Shown: positions 23,246 to 32,965 of the stretch, piece after piece | How positions within the stretch are numbered: position 1 is the stretch's first letter | Layout of the letters: the number at the start of each line of letters is the position of its first letter | Assembly (NCBI GenBank): GCA_963805625.1 | Contig: CAWDVE010000010.1 | Location: forward strand, 256,001-320,000 | Direction of reading: 5' to 3' | Length of the DNA: 64,000 bases | DNA from: an uncultured Candidatus Rokubacteria bacterium | GTDB lineage: Bacteria > Methylomirabilota > Methylomirabilia > Rokubacteriales > DASRDR01 | Translations under genes and position numbers: made by a program | Notes under the pieces: generated by a model | The model's database searches: none | The model's input: the letters and a program-made list of their open reading frames with translations, nothing else | What the model was told of the DNA's origin: nothing

Positions 23246-25558
23246 GTGCCCTTGGCTCTCGCCGGGAGGTGCCCGCAGGGGACGCCCCGGACGAGGGGAT
23301 CGATCCTTCTCTCGGTGCTAGTCACGCTCCTGATGCTCCCGGCCACCGGGTGGGCGCAGGAGACGGCGCCGACCCAGCCCAGCGCTCCGGTCCCGACCGT
23401 CAAGGACATCGCAGTCGAAGGGAACCGCCGGATCCAGGGACCGGCCGTCCTGAACCGCGTGCAGACCAAGATCGGCGATCCGCTCTCCCCGGCCGCGCTC
23501 CGCGACGACGTCCGCTCCATCTTCGGCCTTGGGTTTTTCGACGATGTGCAGGTTCGCACCGAGGAGTTCGAGGGCGGGGTCCGCGTGATCTTCGCCGTCG
23601 TCGAACGACCGCTTCTCCGCGAGGTCAGCTTCGAGGGGAACGCGGAGCTCACCACCGATGAGCTCCGGGAGAAAGCCACCATCCGGGTCGGCGTGCTCTA
23701 CAACCCGGTCGAGGTTCAGAAGTCCGAGGAGGCCATCCGTCAGAAGTACGAGGACGAGGGGTTCTTCGGAGTCCAGATCACCCCGCGCACCGAGCGCACG
23801 CCCGAAGGCGACCTGCGGGTCGTGTTCCGGATCGAGGAAGGGCCGAAACTCCACATCGACCGCATCATCATCGAGGGAAACAGCGCGCTCACCGCGGGCC
23901 TGATCAAGGACGCGATGTCGACGAAGGAGCGCCTGTACTGGATCTTCCCCTTCTCGACCGTGCAGCGCAAGGTGTTCGACGACGACGTGGACCGTATCCT
24001 CCAGCTCTACGCCGACCACGGCTACATCCAGGCCCGCGTGGAGTCCACCGAAATCGTGCCCGACCTCGCGCGGAAGAAAGTGACGCTCCGCGTACGCGTG
24101 GTGGAGGGGCCGCAGTTCCGCACGGGCACCATCGCGATCACGGGTAACGAGATCCTCACGACCGAGGAGGTACGCAAGCTCGTGAGCCTCAAGGAGGGCG
24201 GTGTCTTCAGCCGGGGGGCGCTGCGCAACTCCGTGCGGGCGATCGTGGATCGCTACTCCGAGCTGGGCCGGGCCCGGGCCGAGGTCGACCCCCGGACGGC
24301 GAACGACTTGGCGAACCTGAAGGTGGACGTGAGCATCCCGATCGTCGAGGGCGGTCCGGTCTACGTCGAGCGGATCAACATCGCCGGCAACACGAAGACC
24401 TCGGAGAAGGTTCTGCGGCGGGAGCTGCGCGTGACCGAGGGCGAGCTGTTCACATTCCAGAAGCTCGTGCGGAGCCGCCAGCGGCTGTTCAACCTCGGCT
24501 ATTTCGAGGAAGTGAACGTCAACACCGAGCTGGGATCCACGCCCGACAAGATCGTCGTGAACGTCGACGTGAAGGAGCGGTCGACGGGGATTTTCAGCAT
24601 CGGTGCGGGCTATAGCAGCCTCGACAGCCTCTTCGCCACACTCGACGTGAGCCAACGGAACCTCTTCGGCCGGGGCCAGGAGGTGTTCCTCCGGTTTCGC
24701 ATCGGCACGCAGAGCCGGCTGGGTCTCGTCGGGTTCACGGAGCCGTACCTCTTCGACATCCCGCTGCGCGCGGGATTCGACATCTACGACCGCGAGCGAG
24801 AATACGAAGACTTTACGGAGGAGCGCCTCGGAGGTGACATCCGGGCGAGCTACCCGCTCACGGAGTTCATAATTCTCTCCGGTCTCTACCGGCTTGAGAA
24901 TGTCGACATCACCAATGTGTCCCCCACGGCAGGCGAGGATCTGAAGAGCCAAGAGGGAACGAGCCTCAACTCGGTGGTTGAGTTCTTGCTAGCTCGGGAC
25001 ACGCGCGACAACATCTTCGAGCCGAGCAGGGGTAGCCGGAATTCGGTGGAGTTCCAGTTCGCGGGTCTGGGCGGAGATACTCAGTACTACAAGGTCATCG
25101 CGGAATCGGGATGGTTCGTTCCGTTGCCCGTGTTCAACCTCGTATGGGCCGTCCGCGGGCTTGCCGGGTTCGCCGAAGGCTGGGGCGGCGAGGAGGTCCC
25201 GATCTACGAGCGGTTCTTCCTCGGCGGCGCCAACACGCTCCGCGGCCAGAAGACGCGGTCCGTAGCCCCGAAGGACAACCGAGGGGATACCATCGGTGGT
25301 ACCTCGGAGCTCCTGTTCAATACTGAGCTCTTGATCCCGATCATCCCGCGATTCCGGCTGGCCCTCTTCTTCGATGCTGGCAACGCGTACGGGTTCGGCA
25401 CGGACTTCGACCCCACGGACCTCCGGTATAGTGCCGGCGTGGGGGTTCGCTTCTTCTCGCCGCTGGGTCCCATGCGACTGGATCTGGGGTACAACCTGGA
25501 CCAGCAGCCGGGAGAGAAGTCCTACCAGATCAATTTCACGGTTGGGGCGCCCTTCTAG
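23246..25558 (+). CDS. bamA: outer membrane assembly factor BamA
   Basis: signal peptide, five POTRA repeats, beta-barrel with RFFLGG and SPLGPMRL, terminal Phe; exact start uncertain. Confidence 0.95.
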   Translation: MPLALAGRCPQGTPRTRGSILLSVLVTLLMLPATGWAQETAPTQPSAPVPTVKDIAVEGNRRIQGPAVLNRVQTKIGDPLSPAALRDDVRSIFGLGFFDDVQVRTEEFEGGVRVIFAVVERPLLREVSFEGNAELTTDELREKATIRVGVLYNPVEVQKSEEAIRQKYEDEGFFGVQITPRTERTPEGDLRVVFRIEEGPKLHIDRIIIEGNSALTAGLIKDAMSTKERLYWIFPFSTVQRKVFDDDVDRILQLYADHGYIQARVESTEIVPDLARKKVTLRVRVVEGPQFRTGTIAITGNEILTTEEVRKLVSLKEGGVFSRGALRNSVRAIVDRYSELGRARAEVDPRTANDLANLKVDVSIPIVEGGPVYVERINIAGNTKTSEKVLRRELRVTEGELFTFQKLVRSRQRLFNLGYFEEVNVNTELGSTPDKIVVNVDVKERSTGIFSIGAGYSSLDSLFATLDVSQRNLFGRGQEVFLRFRIGTQSRLGLVGFTEPYLFDIPLRAGFDIYDREREYEDFTEERLGGDIRASYPLTEFIILSGLYRLENVDITNVSPTAGEDLKSQEGTSLNSVVEFLLARDTRDNIFEPSRGSRNSVEFQFAGLGGDTQYYKVIAESGWFVPLPVFNLVWAVRGLAGFAEGWGGEEVPIYERFFLGGANTLRGQKTRSVAPKDNRGDTIGGTSELLFNTELLIPIIPRFRLALFFDAGNAYGFGTDFDPTDLRYSAGVGVRFFSPLGPMRLDLGYNLDQQPGEKSYQINFTVGAPF

Positions 25559-25583
25559 AGCGGAGGCCGTGAGAGGTGATGCA

Positions 25584-26126
25584 ATGAGAGACAGATGGAT
25601 GGTTGGGATGGTCGCGCTCATCGCCGCCGGACTCGTCGGCGGGCTCGTCACGGGCACGGATGCCGCCGGTACGCGGATCGGATACGTGGACGTCCAGCGG
25701 GTGATCGTCCGCTCGGTCGCCGGCGTCGCCGCGCGGGAGCAGCTCGAGCGAGACAAGGTGACGATGCAGAAGGACGTCGACAACCGCCGGGTCGAGGTCG
25801 ACAAGCTCCGCGAGGAGATGGAGAAGAAGGGGCTGGTCCTGTCTGCCGAGGCGCGCCGCGAGAAGGATGAGACCCTCCAGCGGAAGGTGCGGGACCTCCG
25901 GCGCCTGGCCGAGGACCTCGAGAAGGAGCTGCAGAAGAAGGAGCAACAGGCCACGCAGCGGATCCTCGGAGAGCTGACGGGTATCATCGAGAAGATGGGC
26001 AAGGAGCGCGGCTTCCTGCTCATCGTCGAGCGGCGGAGCGGTGGCGTGATCTACGGGGATCCGGAAGGCGACGTCACCGACGAGGTGATCAAGCTGTACG
26101 ATCAGGAGAAGGCGAAGAAGCCCTAG
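25584..26126 (+). CDS. skp: periplasmic chaperone Skp/OmpH
   Basis: signal peptide, [10 protein letters not shown], coiled coil, [11 protein letters not shown]; lies between bamA and lpxD. Confidence 0.92.
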   Translation: MRDRWMVGMVALIAAGLVGGLVTGTDAAGTRIGYVDVQRVIVRSVAGVAAREQLERDKVTMQKDVDNRRVEVDKLREEMEKKGLVLSAEARREKDETLQRKVRDLRRLAEDLEKELQKKEQQATQRILGELTGIIEKMGKERGFLLIVERRSGGVIYGDPEGDVTDEVIKLYDQEKAKKP

Positions 26127-26127
26127 G

Positions 26128-27186
26128 ATGTCCGCGCGCTCCCTCGGTGAGCTGGCGCGCCTCGTCGGCGGGGATCTGGAGGGGGATCCGTCCCTCGAGA
26201 TCCGGGGATTCGCGAGTCTCGAAAGCGCGGGCCCAGGCGACCTGTCCTTCGTCGCGGCTGACCGCCACCTCGCCACGGCTCGCCGGAGCGCGGCGTCCGC
26301 GCTGATCGCGCCGCCCGGACTCGACCTCGGCGGGCGGCCGGTGATCCGCGTCGTCCAGCCCTACGCGGCCATCGCCGTTGTCGTCCGGGTGTTCTTCCCC
26401 GAGCCCGTCCTGTCCCCTGGCGTCCACCCCAACGCCTACGTCGCCGACAGCGCTCGCGTCGCGCCCGGCGCCACGGTGGGAGCCTTTGCCGTGGTCGGCG
26501 AGCGGTCGCTCGTCGAGGACGGGGCCGTGCTCCACCCCCACGTCTTCGTGGGTCCAGACTGCCGGGTGGGGGAGCGGAGCGTGCTCCACCCGCACGTGGT
26601 GCTGCGGGAGCGTGTGGCGCTGGGGCGCCGCGTGATCGTCCACCCGGGCAGCGTGCTCGGCGCCGACGGGTTCGGGTACGTGTTCGACGGCCAGGCGCAC
26701 CGGAAGATCCCGCAGGTCGGCCGGGTCGTCGTGGAGGACGACGTCGAGATTGGAGCCAACGTCACCGTGGACCGCGCGACCCTCGGGGAGACCGTGATCG
26801 GCCGGGGGACCAAGATCGACAACCTCGTGCAGATTGGCCATAATACCGTCATCGGGGCGGACTCGATCATCGTCGCCCAGACCGGCATCTCGGGTTCCTG
26901 CCGGATCGGGCGCGGCGTGGTGCTGGGCGGGCAGGTGGGGATTACCGACCACGTGACGGTCGGCGACGGGGCCCAGGTCGGCTCGCAGTCCGGCCTCCAT
27001 CGCGACGTGCCGGCGGGCGCCGGGGTGATCGGCACCCCGGCCATGTCGGCGGACGCGGGGCTCCGCGCGATGGCGGCGTTCGGACGTCTCCCGGACCTCC
27101 TGCGGGACGTGCGGGCTCTTGGGCGACGCATGGCGGCGCTGGAGCGGAGGCTTGGCGTGGAGGGAGGACCGGCGGCCCGTGGGTGA
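26128..27186 (+). CDS. lpxD: UDP-3-O-acylglucosamine N-acyltransferase LpxD
   Basis: hexapeptide repeats, [25 protein letters not shown]. Confidence 0.96.
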   Translation: MSARSLGELARLVGGDLEGDPSLEIRGFASLESAGPGDLSFVAADRHLATARRSAASALIAPPGLDLGGRPVIRVVQPYAAIAVVVRVFFPEPVLSPGVHPNAYVADSARVAPGATVGAFAVVGERSLVEDGAVLHPHVFVGPDCRVGERSVLHPHVVLRERVALGRRVIVHPGSVLGADGFGYVFDGQAHRKIPQVGRVVVEDDVEIGANVTVDRATLGETVIGRGTKIDNLVQIGHNTVIGADSIIVAQTGISGSCRIGRGVVLGGQVGITDHVTVGDGAQVGSQSGLHRDVPAGAGVIGTPAMSADAGLRAMAAFGRLPDLLRDVRALGRRMAALERRLGVEGGPAARG

Positions 27187-27964
27187 GCGGACGACGGACA
27201 TCCACCCTTCCGCGGTCGTGCATCCGAGCGCTCGGCTGGACCCGGGCGTGCACGTGGGGCCGTTCGCGGTAATCGGCCCGGGCGTGTGCCTGGGAGAAGA
27301 CACGGAGATCGGCCCTCACGTCGTGCTGGAGGGACCGCTCGAGCTGGGAGCCCGGTGCCAGATCTACGTCGGGGCGGTGATCGGGCTGCCGCCGCAGGAC
27401 CTCAAGTGGAAGCCGGGGACGCCGTCGGGCGTGCGGATCGGCGAGGGTACCGTGGTCCGTGAGTACTCGACCATCCATCGCGCGACGACACCGGACGGCT
27501 TCACCGTGCTGGGGAAGGACTGCTATCTCATGGCGCAGGGGCACATCGCCCATGATTGCCAGATCGGTGACAACGTGATCATGACGGGGTACACGGCACT
27601 CACCGGATTCGTGCAGGTCGGCGACCGGGCCGTGATCTCCGGCCTGACGGGGATTCACCAGTTCGTGCGCATCGGGACGCTCGCCATGGTGAGCGGATGC
27701 TCGCGGATCGGTCAGGACGTGCCGCCGTACTTCATCGTCGAGGGCAATCCCGCCGAGGTGCGCGGAGTGAACATCGTCGGACTGCGACGCGCCGGCGTGC
27801 CGGCTGACGTCCGGCTGAACCTCCAGCGCGCCTACAAGATCCTCTACCGGTCGGGCCGCGCCCCGGGACCGGCGCTCGAGCAGATCCGTGGTGAGATCGA
27901 GCCGTCGCCCGAGATCGAGCAGCTCTGCGAGTTCATCGCGTCATCCAAGCGCGGGATCTGCTAG
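27179..27964 (+). CDS. lpxA: UDP-N-acetylglucosamine acyltransferase LpxA
   Basis: [47 protein letters not shown]. Confidence 0.96.
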   Translation: MGERTTDIHPSAVVHPSARLDPGVHVGPFAVIGPGVCLGEDTEIGPHVVLEGPLELGARCQIYVGAVIGLPPQDLKWKPGTPSGVRIGEGTVVREYSTIHRATTPDGFTVLGKDCYLMAQGHIAHDCQIGDNVIMTGYTALTGFVQVGDRAVISGLTGIHQFVRIGTLAMVSGCSRIGQDVPPYFIVEGNPAEVRGVNIVGLRRAGVPADVRLNLQRAYKILYRSGRAPGPALEQIRGEIEPSPEIEQLCEFIASSKRGIC

Positions 27965-27973
27965 GGGAGGGAG

Positions 27974-28981
27974 ATGGGCAAGCGCGAGCAGAAGCGGCTG
28001 CGGGCCGGGGTCATCGGCGCCGGTCACATGGGGCAGTACCACATCTTGGTCTACGCCGAGCTGTGGGACGTGGACCTCGTGGGCATCGTGGATGCCGACG
28101 CGGGGAAGGCGGCCCGCCTCGCCGCGCAGTACGATTCTCAGGCCCTAACCGATCACCGGGAGCTCTTCGGCAAGGTGGACGTCGTGTCCATCGCGGTGCC
28201 GACGCCGCTTCACTTCGAGATCGCGAAGGACTGCCTCGAGGCGGGCATCAGCGTCCTGGTGGAGAAGCCGTTGACCTCCACGCTCGAGGAGGCCCGCGAG
28301 CTCTTTTGCATCGCGCGGGAGGGGAACGTCGTCCTGCACGTCGGCCACGTCGAGCGGTTCAACGGGGCCGTCCAGGAGCTGCGCAAGATCGTCGCGAACC
28401 CGATCCTGGTGGAGTCCCGCCGGCTGGGACCGTTCGTTCCCCGGGTGCAGCACGACACGGTGGTCATGGACCTCATGATCCACGACGTCGACATCGTGCT
28501 CGGATTGGTGGACAGTGAAGTCCGGCGGATCACGGCGGCTGGCTCGCGGGTCCACTCGGCGCGCTCCGACGTCGCCAACGTGCAGATCCTGTTCGAGAGC
28601 GGTACCGTCGCCAACATCACCGCCAGCCGAGCCACCGAGCACAAGGTCCGGACGCTCGCCATCACGCAGCCCGACGCGTACATCTTTCTCGACTACACCG
28701 ACCAGGACATCCAGATCCACCGGCGCGCGGCGTCCGAGTACGTGTTGAACCGGGAGTCGATCCGCTACCGGCAGGAGTCCTTTGTCGAGCACCTGTTCGT
28801 GCACAAGGAGAACCCGCTCAAGTTGGAGATCCTGCACATCCTCCGGGCCGTTCGCGAGGCACAGCGGACCGGGATGGTCGAGCTCGTGGAGCAGGATGAC
28901 GTCCGCTCGCTCGCCGTGGCGCTCGAGATCGAGCGAATGATCGAGGAGGGTCGGCCGCACCTCGACTGGCCGCCCCGCTGA
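27974..28981 (+). CDS. Gfo/Idh/MocA oxidoreductase (GnnA-like)
   Basis: GAGHMG Rossmann motif, VEKP, GHVERFN, DLMIHD; lies between lpxA and lpxI/lpxB. Confidence 0.85.
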   Translation: MGKREQKRLRAGVIGAGHMGQYHILVYAELWDVDLVGIVDADAGKAARLAAQYDSQALTDHRELFGKVDVVSIAVPTPLHFEIAKDCLEAGISVLVEKPLTSTLEEARELFCIAREGNVVLHVGHVERFNGAVQELRKIVANPILVESRRLGPFVPRVQHDTVVMDLMIHDVDIVLGLVDSEVRRITAAGSRVHSARSDVANVQILFESGTVANITASRATEHKVRTLAITQPDAYIFLDYTDQDIQIHRRAASEYVLNRESIRYRQESFVEHLFVHKENPLKLEILHILRAVREAQRTGMVELVEQDDVRSLAVALEIERMIEEGRPHLDWPPR

Positions 28982-28986
28982 GCGGG

Positions 28987-29805
28987 ATGGCCGAGGCCCT
29001 CGGCCTGGTCGGCGGGGCCGGGACGCTGCCGGTCCTCATGGCCCGCGAGGCGCGGCGGGCCGGCTGGCGTGTGGTCGCCTTCGCCCTCGCGGCCGCCGAG
29101 CCTCTCACGCCTCATGCCGATCGGGTTGTGCCCTGTCAGCTCGGCGACGTGGGGCCTATCCTGGCGGCGCTGGGCGAGGAGGGGATCCGCCACGTGGTGC
29201 TGGCCGGCCGGGTCAGGAAGGACCTGCTGTTCCAGGGGGCGCCGCTCGACACGGCCGCTCGGCAGCTCCTCGCTAAGGCCGCAGACTGGACGGACGAGGG
29301 TCTGCTCGGCGCGGCGGTGCAAGGGCTCGCGGCGATGGGTATCGAGGTGCTGGACCAGCGACAGTTCCTGGCGCCCTGGCTGGTGCCGGCTGGGCTGATC
29401 GCCGGTCCGCCCGTCCGTCCGGAGCTCGAGGCCGACGTGGTGCGAGGGCTTCAGCTGGCCCGCGACCTGGCGGAGCGTGGGGTTGGTCAGACGGTCATCC
29501 TCCGATCAGGCTCGGTGGCGGCCGTCGAGGCGATGGAGGGAACCGACGAGACCGTCCGCCGGGGCCTCGCTCTGGCGGGCCGTGGCGCGGTCGTGGTCAA
29601 GGCGGCGGCTCCCGCGCACGATTACCGGCTGGACGTGCCCACCGTCGGTCCCGACACGGTTGACTGCTGCACGGCGGGTGGGGCGGCTGTGCTGGCGCTT
29701 CAGGCGGGACGCGTGCTCCTGCTCGAGCGCGAGCGCGTCGAGTCGGAAGCGGCCCGGACGGGGATGAGCATTGTCGGGGTCGCGGAGCGGCCGGGCGTCG
29801 ACTGA
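28987..29805 (+). CDS. lpxI: UDP-2,3-diacylglucosamine pyrophosphatase LpxI
   Basis: GLVGGAGTLP, GQTV, AVEAMEGTD, DYRLDVPTVG. Confidence 0.9.
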   Translation: MAEALGLVGGAGTLPVLMAREARRAGWRVVAFALAAAEPLTPHADRVVPCQLGDVGPILAALGEEGIRHVVLAGRVRKDLLFQGAPLDTAARQLLAKAADWTDEGLLGAAVQGLAAMGIEVLDQRQFLAPWLVPAGLIAGPPVRPELEADVVRGLQLARDLAERGVGQTVILRSGSVAAVEAMEGTDETVRRGLALAGRGAVVVKAAAPAHDYRLDVPTVGPDTVDCCTAGGAAVLALQAGRVLLLERERVESEAARTGMSIVGVAERPGVD

Positions 29806-30940
29806 CGTCCTGATGGTGGCCGGGGAGGCCTCCGGGGACCTCCACGGAGCCACGTTGGCTCGGGCGCTCACCACGCTGGCGCCCGGCCTCCGCCTCGCCG
29901 GAATGGGGGGAGCGCGGATGGCTGCCGCGGGCGTCCGGCTCGTCCAGCGCGCCGAGCCCGTCACCGTCGTGGGGGGGACCGAGGCGCTTGGCCGGCTCCC
30001 CGCGCTCTGGTCGGCGTTCCGCGGGCTCCGGCGCCATCTCCGGTACCGGCGCCCAGGCGTGCTCGTGCTGATCGACTTCCCGGAGTTCAACCTGCGCCTG
30101 GCCCGTGTGGCGCACCGGCTCGGCGTGCCCGTGGTGTACTTCGTGGCGCCACAGCTGTGGGCCTGGCGGCCGGGGCGGGTCCGCACCATGGCGCGAGACG
30201 TGAATCGGGTCCTGGCGATCTTCCCGTTCGAGGTCGGCCTCTACCAGGAGGCCGGGGTGCCTGTCGAGTTCGTCGGCCATCCGGTGCTCGACTTCCTGCC
30301 CGCACTGGACCGTGAGACGGCGCGCTCGGGGCTCGCGACGGAGGGAGAGACGCTGGTCGGCCTCCTGCCGGGAAGCCGGGACGCCGAGATCCGGCGCCAT
30401 CTGCCCGTGCTGCTTGATGCGGCGCACCGGATCGCGGCGCGCCGACCGCGGACGCGGTTCGCCCTGCCGGTCGCTCACACCATTGCGGTGGCGGGGGTGG
30501 CGGCGGCCGTCCGCGCTTCCAGGCTGCCGATCGAAGTGCTGCCCAGGGACGCCTATCGGGTGATGGCCGCGGCCGATCTCCTGCTCGTCGCCTCCGGGAC
30601 CGCGACGCTCGAGGCCGCCTGCTACGGTACCCCGATGGTCGTGCTGTATAGGCTCTCGGCGGTGTCGCACGCGATCGCCCGCCGCCTGGTTCGTGGGGTG
30701 TCGCACATCAGCCTCCCGAACATCGTGGCGGGGCGGGAGATCGTGCGTGAGCTCGTCCAGAGGCAAGCCACACCGGACGCGATTGCGGGAGCCGCGCTCC
30801 AGCTTCTCGAGGACGACGTGGCTCGGGCGGCTCAGCGCGCGGCCCTGCTCGAGGTCCGGGTCCGGCTCGGCGAGGCGGGGGCGGGTCTCCGCGCCGCCCG
30901 CGCGGTCCTGCGAGAGCGCGATGGGGCGACCGATCGCTGA
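29771..30940 (+). CDS. lpxB: lipid A disaccharide synthase LpxB
   Basis: VAGEASGD, IDFPEFN, PQLWAWR, FPFE, VGHP, LPGSR, SGTATLE; start uncertain. Confidence 0.95.
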   Translation: MSGSRSGRASTDVLMVAGEASGDLHGATLARALTTLAPGLRLAGMGGARMAAAGVRLVQRAEPVTVVGGTEALGRLPALWSAFRGLRRHLRYRRPGVLVLIDFPEFNLRLARVAHRLGVPVVYFVAPQLWAWRPGRVRTMARDVNRVLAIFPFEVGLYQEAGVPVEFVGHPVLDFLPALDRETARSGLATEGETLVGLLPGSRDAEIRRHLPVLLDAAHRIAARRPRTRFALPVAHTIAVAGVAAAVRASRLPIEVLPRDAYRVMAAADLLLVASGTATLEAACYGTPMVVLYRLSAVSHAIARRLVRGVSHISLPNIVAGREIVRELVQRQATPDAIAGAALQLLEDDVARAAQRAALLEVRVRLGEAGAGLRAARAVLRERDGATDR

Positions 30941-31658
30941 GCCCAGCGGTGCGTGGCCGGCCGCGCGCGAGCGGCGCCGGCCGGGACGCGCGCTGGCGAC
31001 CTCGGGACCAGCGATCGCTCTCGGGAGGGGGATGGTGCGCGTGCTCGCCGCGAGCCTCCGCCTGCGGGAGTTTCCCACGCGAAGCGTGGAGGCCATCTGG
31101 CGCAGCGGAGAGCCCGTGATCTATACCGTGTGGCACGGGCAGATCCTCCTCCTGCCGCTTGTCTACGGACGGCGTTACCCGATCCACGCGCTGACGAGCC
31201 GATCCCGGGACGGCGAGATCCTGAGCCGATTCGTGCAGGGCTTCGGGATCCGGGTGGTGCGCGGCTCCTCCTCTCGCGGCGGAGCCCGCGCGCTCCTGGC
31301 GCTTGCCCGGGTGATCCGCGAGGAGGGCGACAACGTCCTCATCGTGCCTGATGGCCCCAGAGGGCCGCGCCACGTCGCGCAGAATGGCGCCGTGATCCTG
31401 GCAAAGATGACCGGCGTTCCGATGGTGCCGCTGGCCTTCGGCGCCTCGCCGTGCCGCGTTCTCCGATCGTGGGACGCCTTTGTCGTGCCGCACCCCTTTG
31501 CTCGGGCGGCGATCGTGTTCGCCGATCCCATCGTCGTGCCGCGCGACGCCGACCGTGACGTCATCGAGGCCAAGCGTCGCGAGCTCGAGACCACTCTCCG
31601 GGAGATCACTGTCGCGGCGGACCGGGCGGCTGGCGGGGGCGATGTACCGACTCTATAG
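30921..31658 (+). CDS. DUF374 lysophospholipid acyltransferase-family protein
   Basis: WHGQ, SRSRDGE, VRGSSSRGG, PDGPRGP, SWD; lies between lpxB and waaA. Confidence 0.85.
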   Translation: MGRPIAEPSGAWPAARERRRPGRALATSGPAIALGRGMVRVLAASLRLREFPTRSVEAIWRSGEPVIYTVWHGQILLLPLVYGRRYPIHALTSRSRDGEILSRFVQGFGIRVVRGSSSRGGARALLALARVIREEGDNVLIVPDGPRGPRHVAQNGAVILAKMTGVPMVPLAFGASPCRVLRSWDAFVVPHPFARAAIVFADPIVVPRDADRDVIEAKRRELETTLREITVAADRAAGGGDVPTL

Positions 31659-32931
31659 CGTCGTCCTGGCCCTCCTGGCGCTCGGTTACCTGCCGCTGTT
31701 CCTCGTGCGCAAGGTCTGGGGCGCCGGCTACCCGATGGCGCTCCGCGAGCGATTCGGCTTCATCCGCATGCCGCCCCCGCCCGGGCCTAGCGGGCGCTTC
31801 TGGGTGCACGCGGTGTCGGTGGGTGAGGTGATGGCGGCGGTGCCGCTGGTCCAGGCCCTTGCCGCCCGGTGGCCGACGGCCGACATCGTCGTCTCGACCG
31901 TGACGGCCACCGGGGAGCGCGTGGCGCGGGCGCGGCTGGCCGAGACCGTGGTGGCGATGCTCACGTTTCCGCTGGACTTTCGCGGAGCCGTTCGGCGGAC
32001 CGTGCGCCGGGTCGAGCCCGGCTGTTTCATCGCCCTCGAGACGGAGCTGTGGCCCAATCTCCTGAGGGCGCTCCGCGAGGCGAAGGTGCCCGCGGTCCTC
32101 GCCAACGGTCGGATCTCCGACCGCTCCTACCGCCGCTACCGCCTGGTCCGTCGCCTCTTCCGGCTGGTGCTCAAGGACATCGCCCTCTTCTGCATGCAGT
32201 CCGAGGAGGACGCCCGCCGGATCATCACTCTCGGCGCGCTGCCCGAGCGCGTTCTCGTGACCGGCAACCTGAAGATGGAGGCGCCGCCGGGCGATGCTGG
32301 CACCGAGCAGCTGTGGCGCCGCCTGCTTCATCTCGGCCGGGCACCGATCGTCGTGGCGGGCAGCACGCATCGCGGTGAGGAGGCCACGGTGCTCGACGCG
32401 TTCCTGGCGATGCGGCCGGCGGCGGATGGTCTCCGGCTCGTGCTTGCGCCGCGCCACCCGGAACGGCTGGACGAGGTGGAAGGCCTGGCCCGGGCCCGGG
32501 GGCTCGCCGTCGTGCGGCGGAGCCGCGTGAGCCCGGGCAACGACGCTCCGGTGATCCTTCTCGATACGATGGGCGAGCTGGCCTCGCTCTATGCGGTCGC
32601 TGACGTCATCTTCGTCGGAGGCAGCCTCGTCCCGATCGGGGGGCACAACGTGGTGGAGCCGGCGCTTCACGCCAAGGCGGTTATCTTCGGGCCGCACATG
32701 ACGAACTTCCGGGACGCTGCCGCGCTGCTGCTCCGGGCCGACGCGGCGATCCAGGTGGGAGACGGGACGGAGCTGGCGGCGGCGCTCGGGCGGCTTCTCG
32801 GTGATGCGGCGGCCCGGCAGGCTCTCGGGCGCGCGGCCTGGAGCGCCGTGCGCGCGCACCAGGGCGCCTGCGTGCGTACCGTGGCGGCACTCGAGCGGGT
32901 GCTGGCGCTGTCGGCGCTCGGTGGGGTGTGA
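31642..32931 (+). CDS. waaA: Kdo transferase
   Basis: WVHAVSVGE, ETELWPN, AGSTH, PRHPER, DTMGEL, GGHNVVEPA. Confidence 0.96.
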   Translation: MYRLYSVVLALLALGYLPLFLVRKVWGAGYPMALRERFGFIRMPPPPGPSGRFWVHAVSVGEVMAAVPLVQALAARWPTADIVVSTVTATGERVARARLAETVVAMLTFPLDFRGAVRRTVRRVEPGCFIALETELWPNLLRALREAKVPAVLANGRISDRSYRRYRLVRRLFRLVLKDIALFCMQSEEDARRIITLGALPERVLVTGNLKMEAPPGDAGTEQLWRRLLHLGRAPIVVAGSTHRGEEATVLDAFLAMRPAADGLRLVLAPRHPERLDEVEGLARARGLAVVRRSRVSPGNDAPVILLDTMGELASLYAVADVIFVGGSLVPIGGHNVVEPALHAKAVIFGPHMTNFRDAAALLLRADAAIQVGDGTELAAALGRLLGDAAARQALGRAAWSAVRAHQGACVRTVAALERVLALSALGGV

Positions 32932-32965
32932 GCATCCGCCAGGATCCGCCGCGCAGGGGAGGCTG

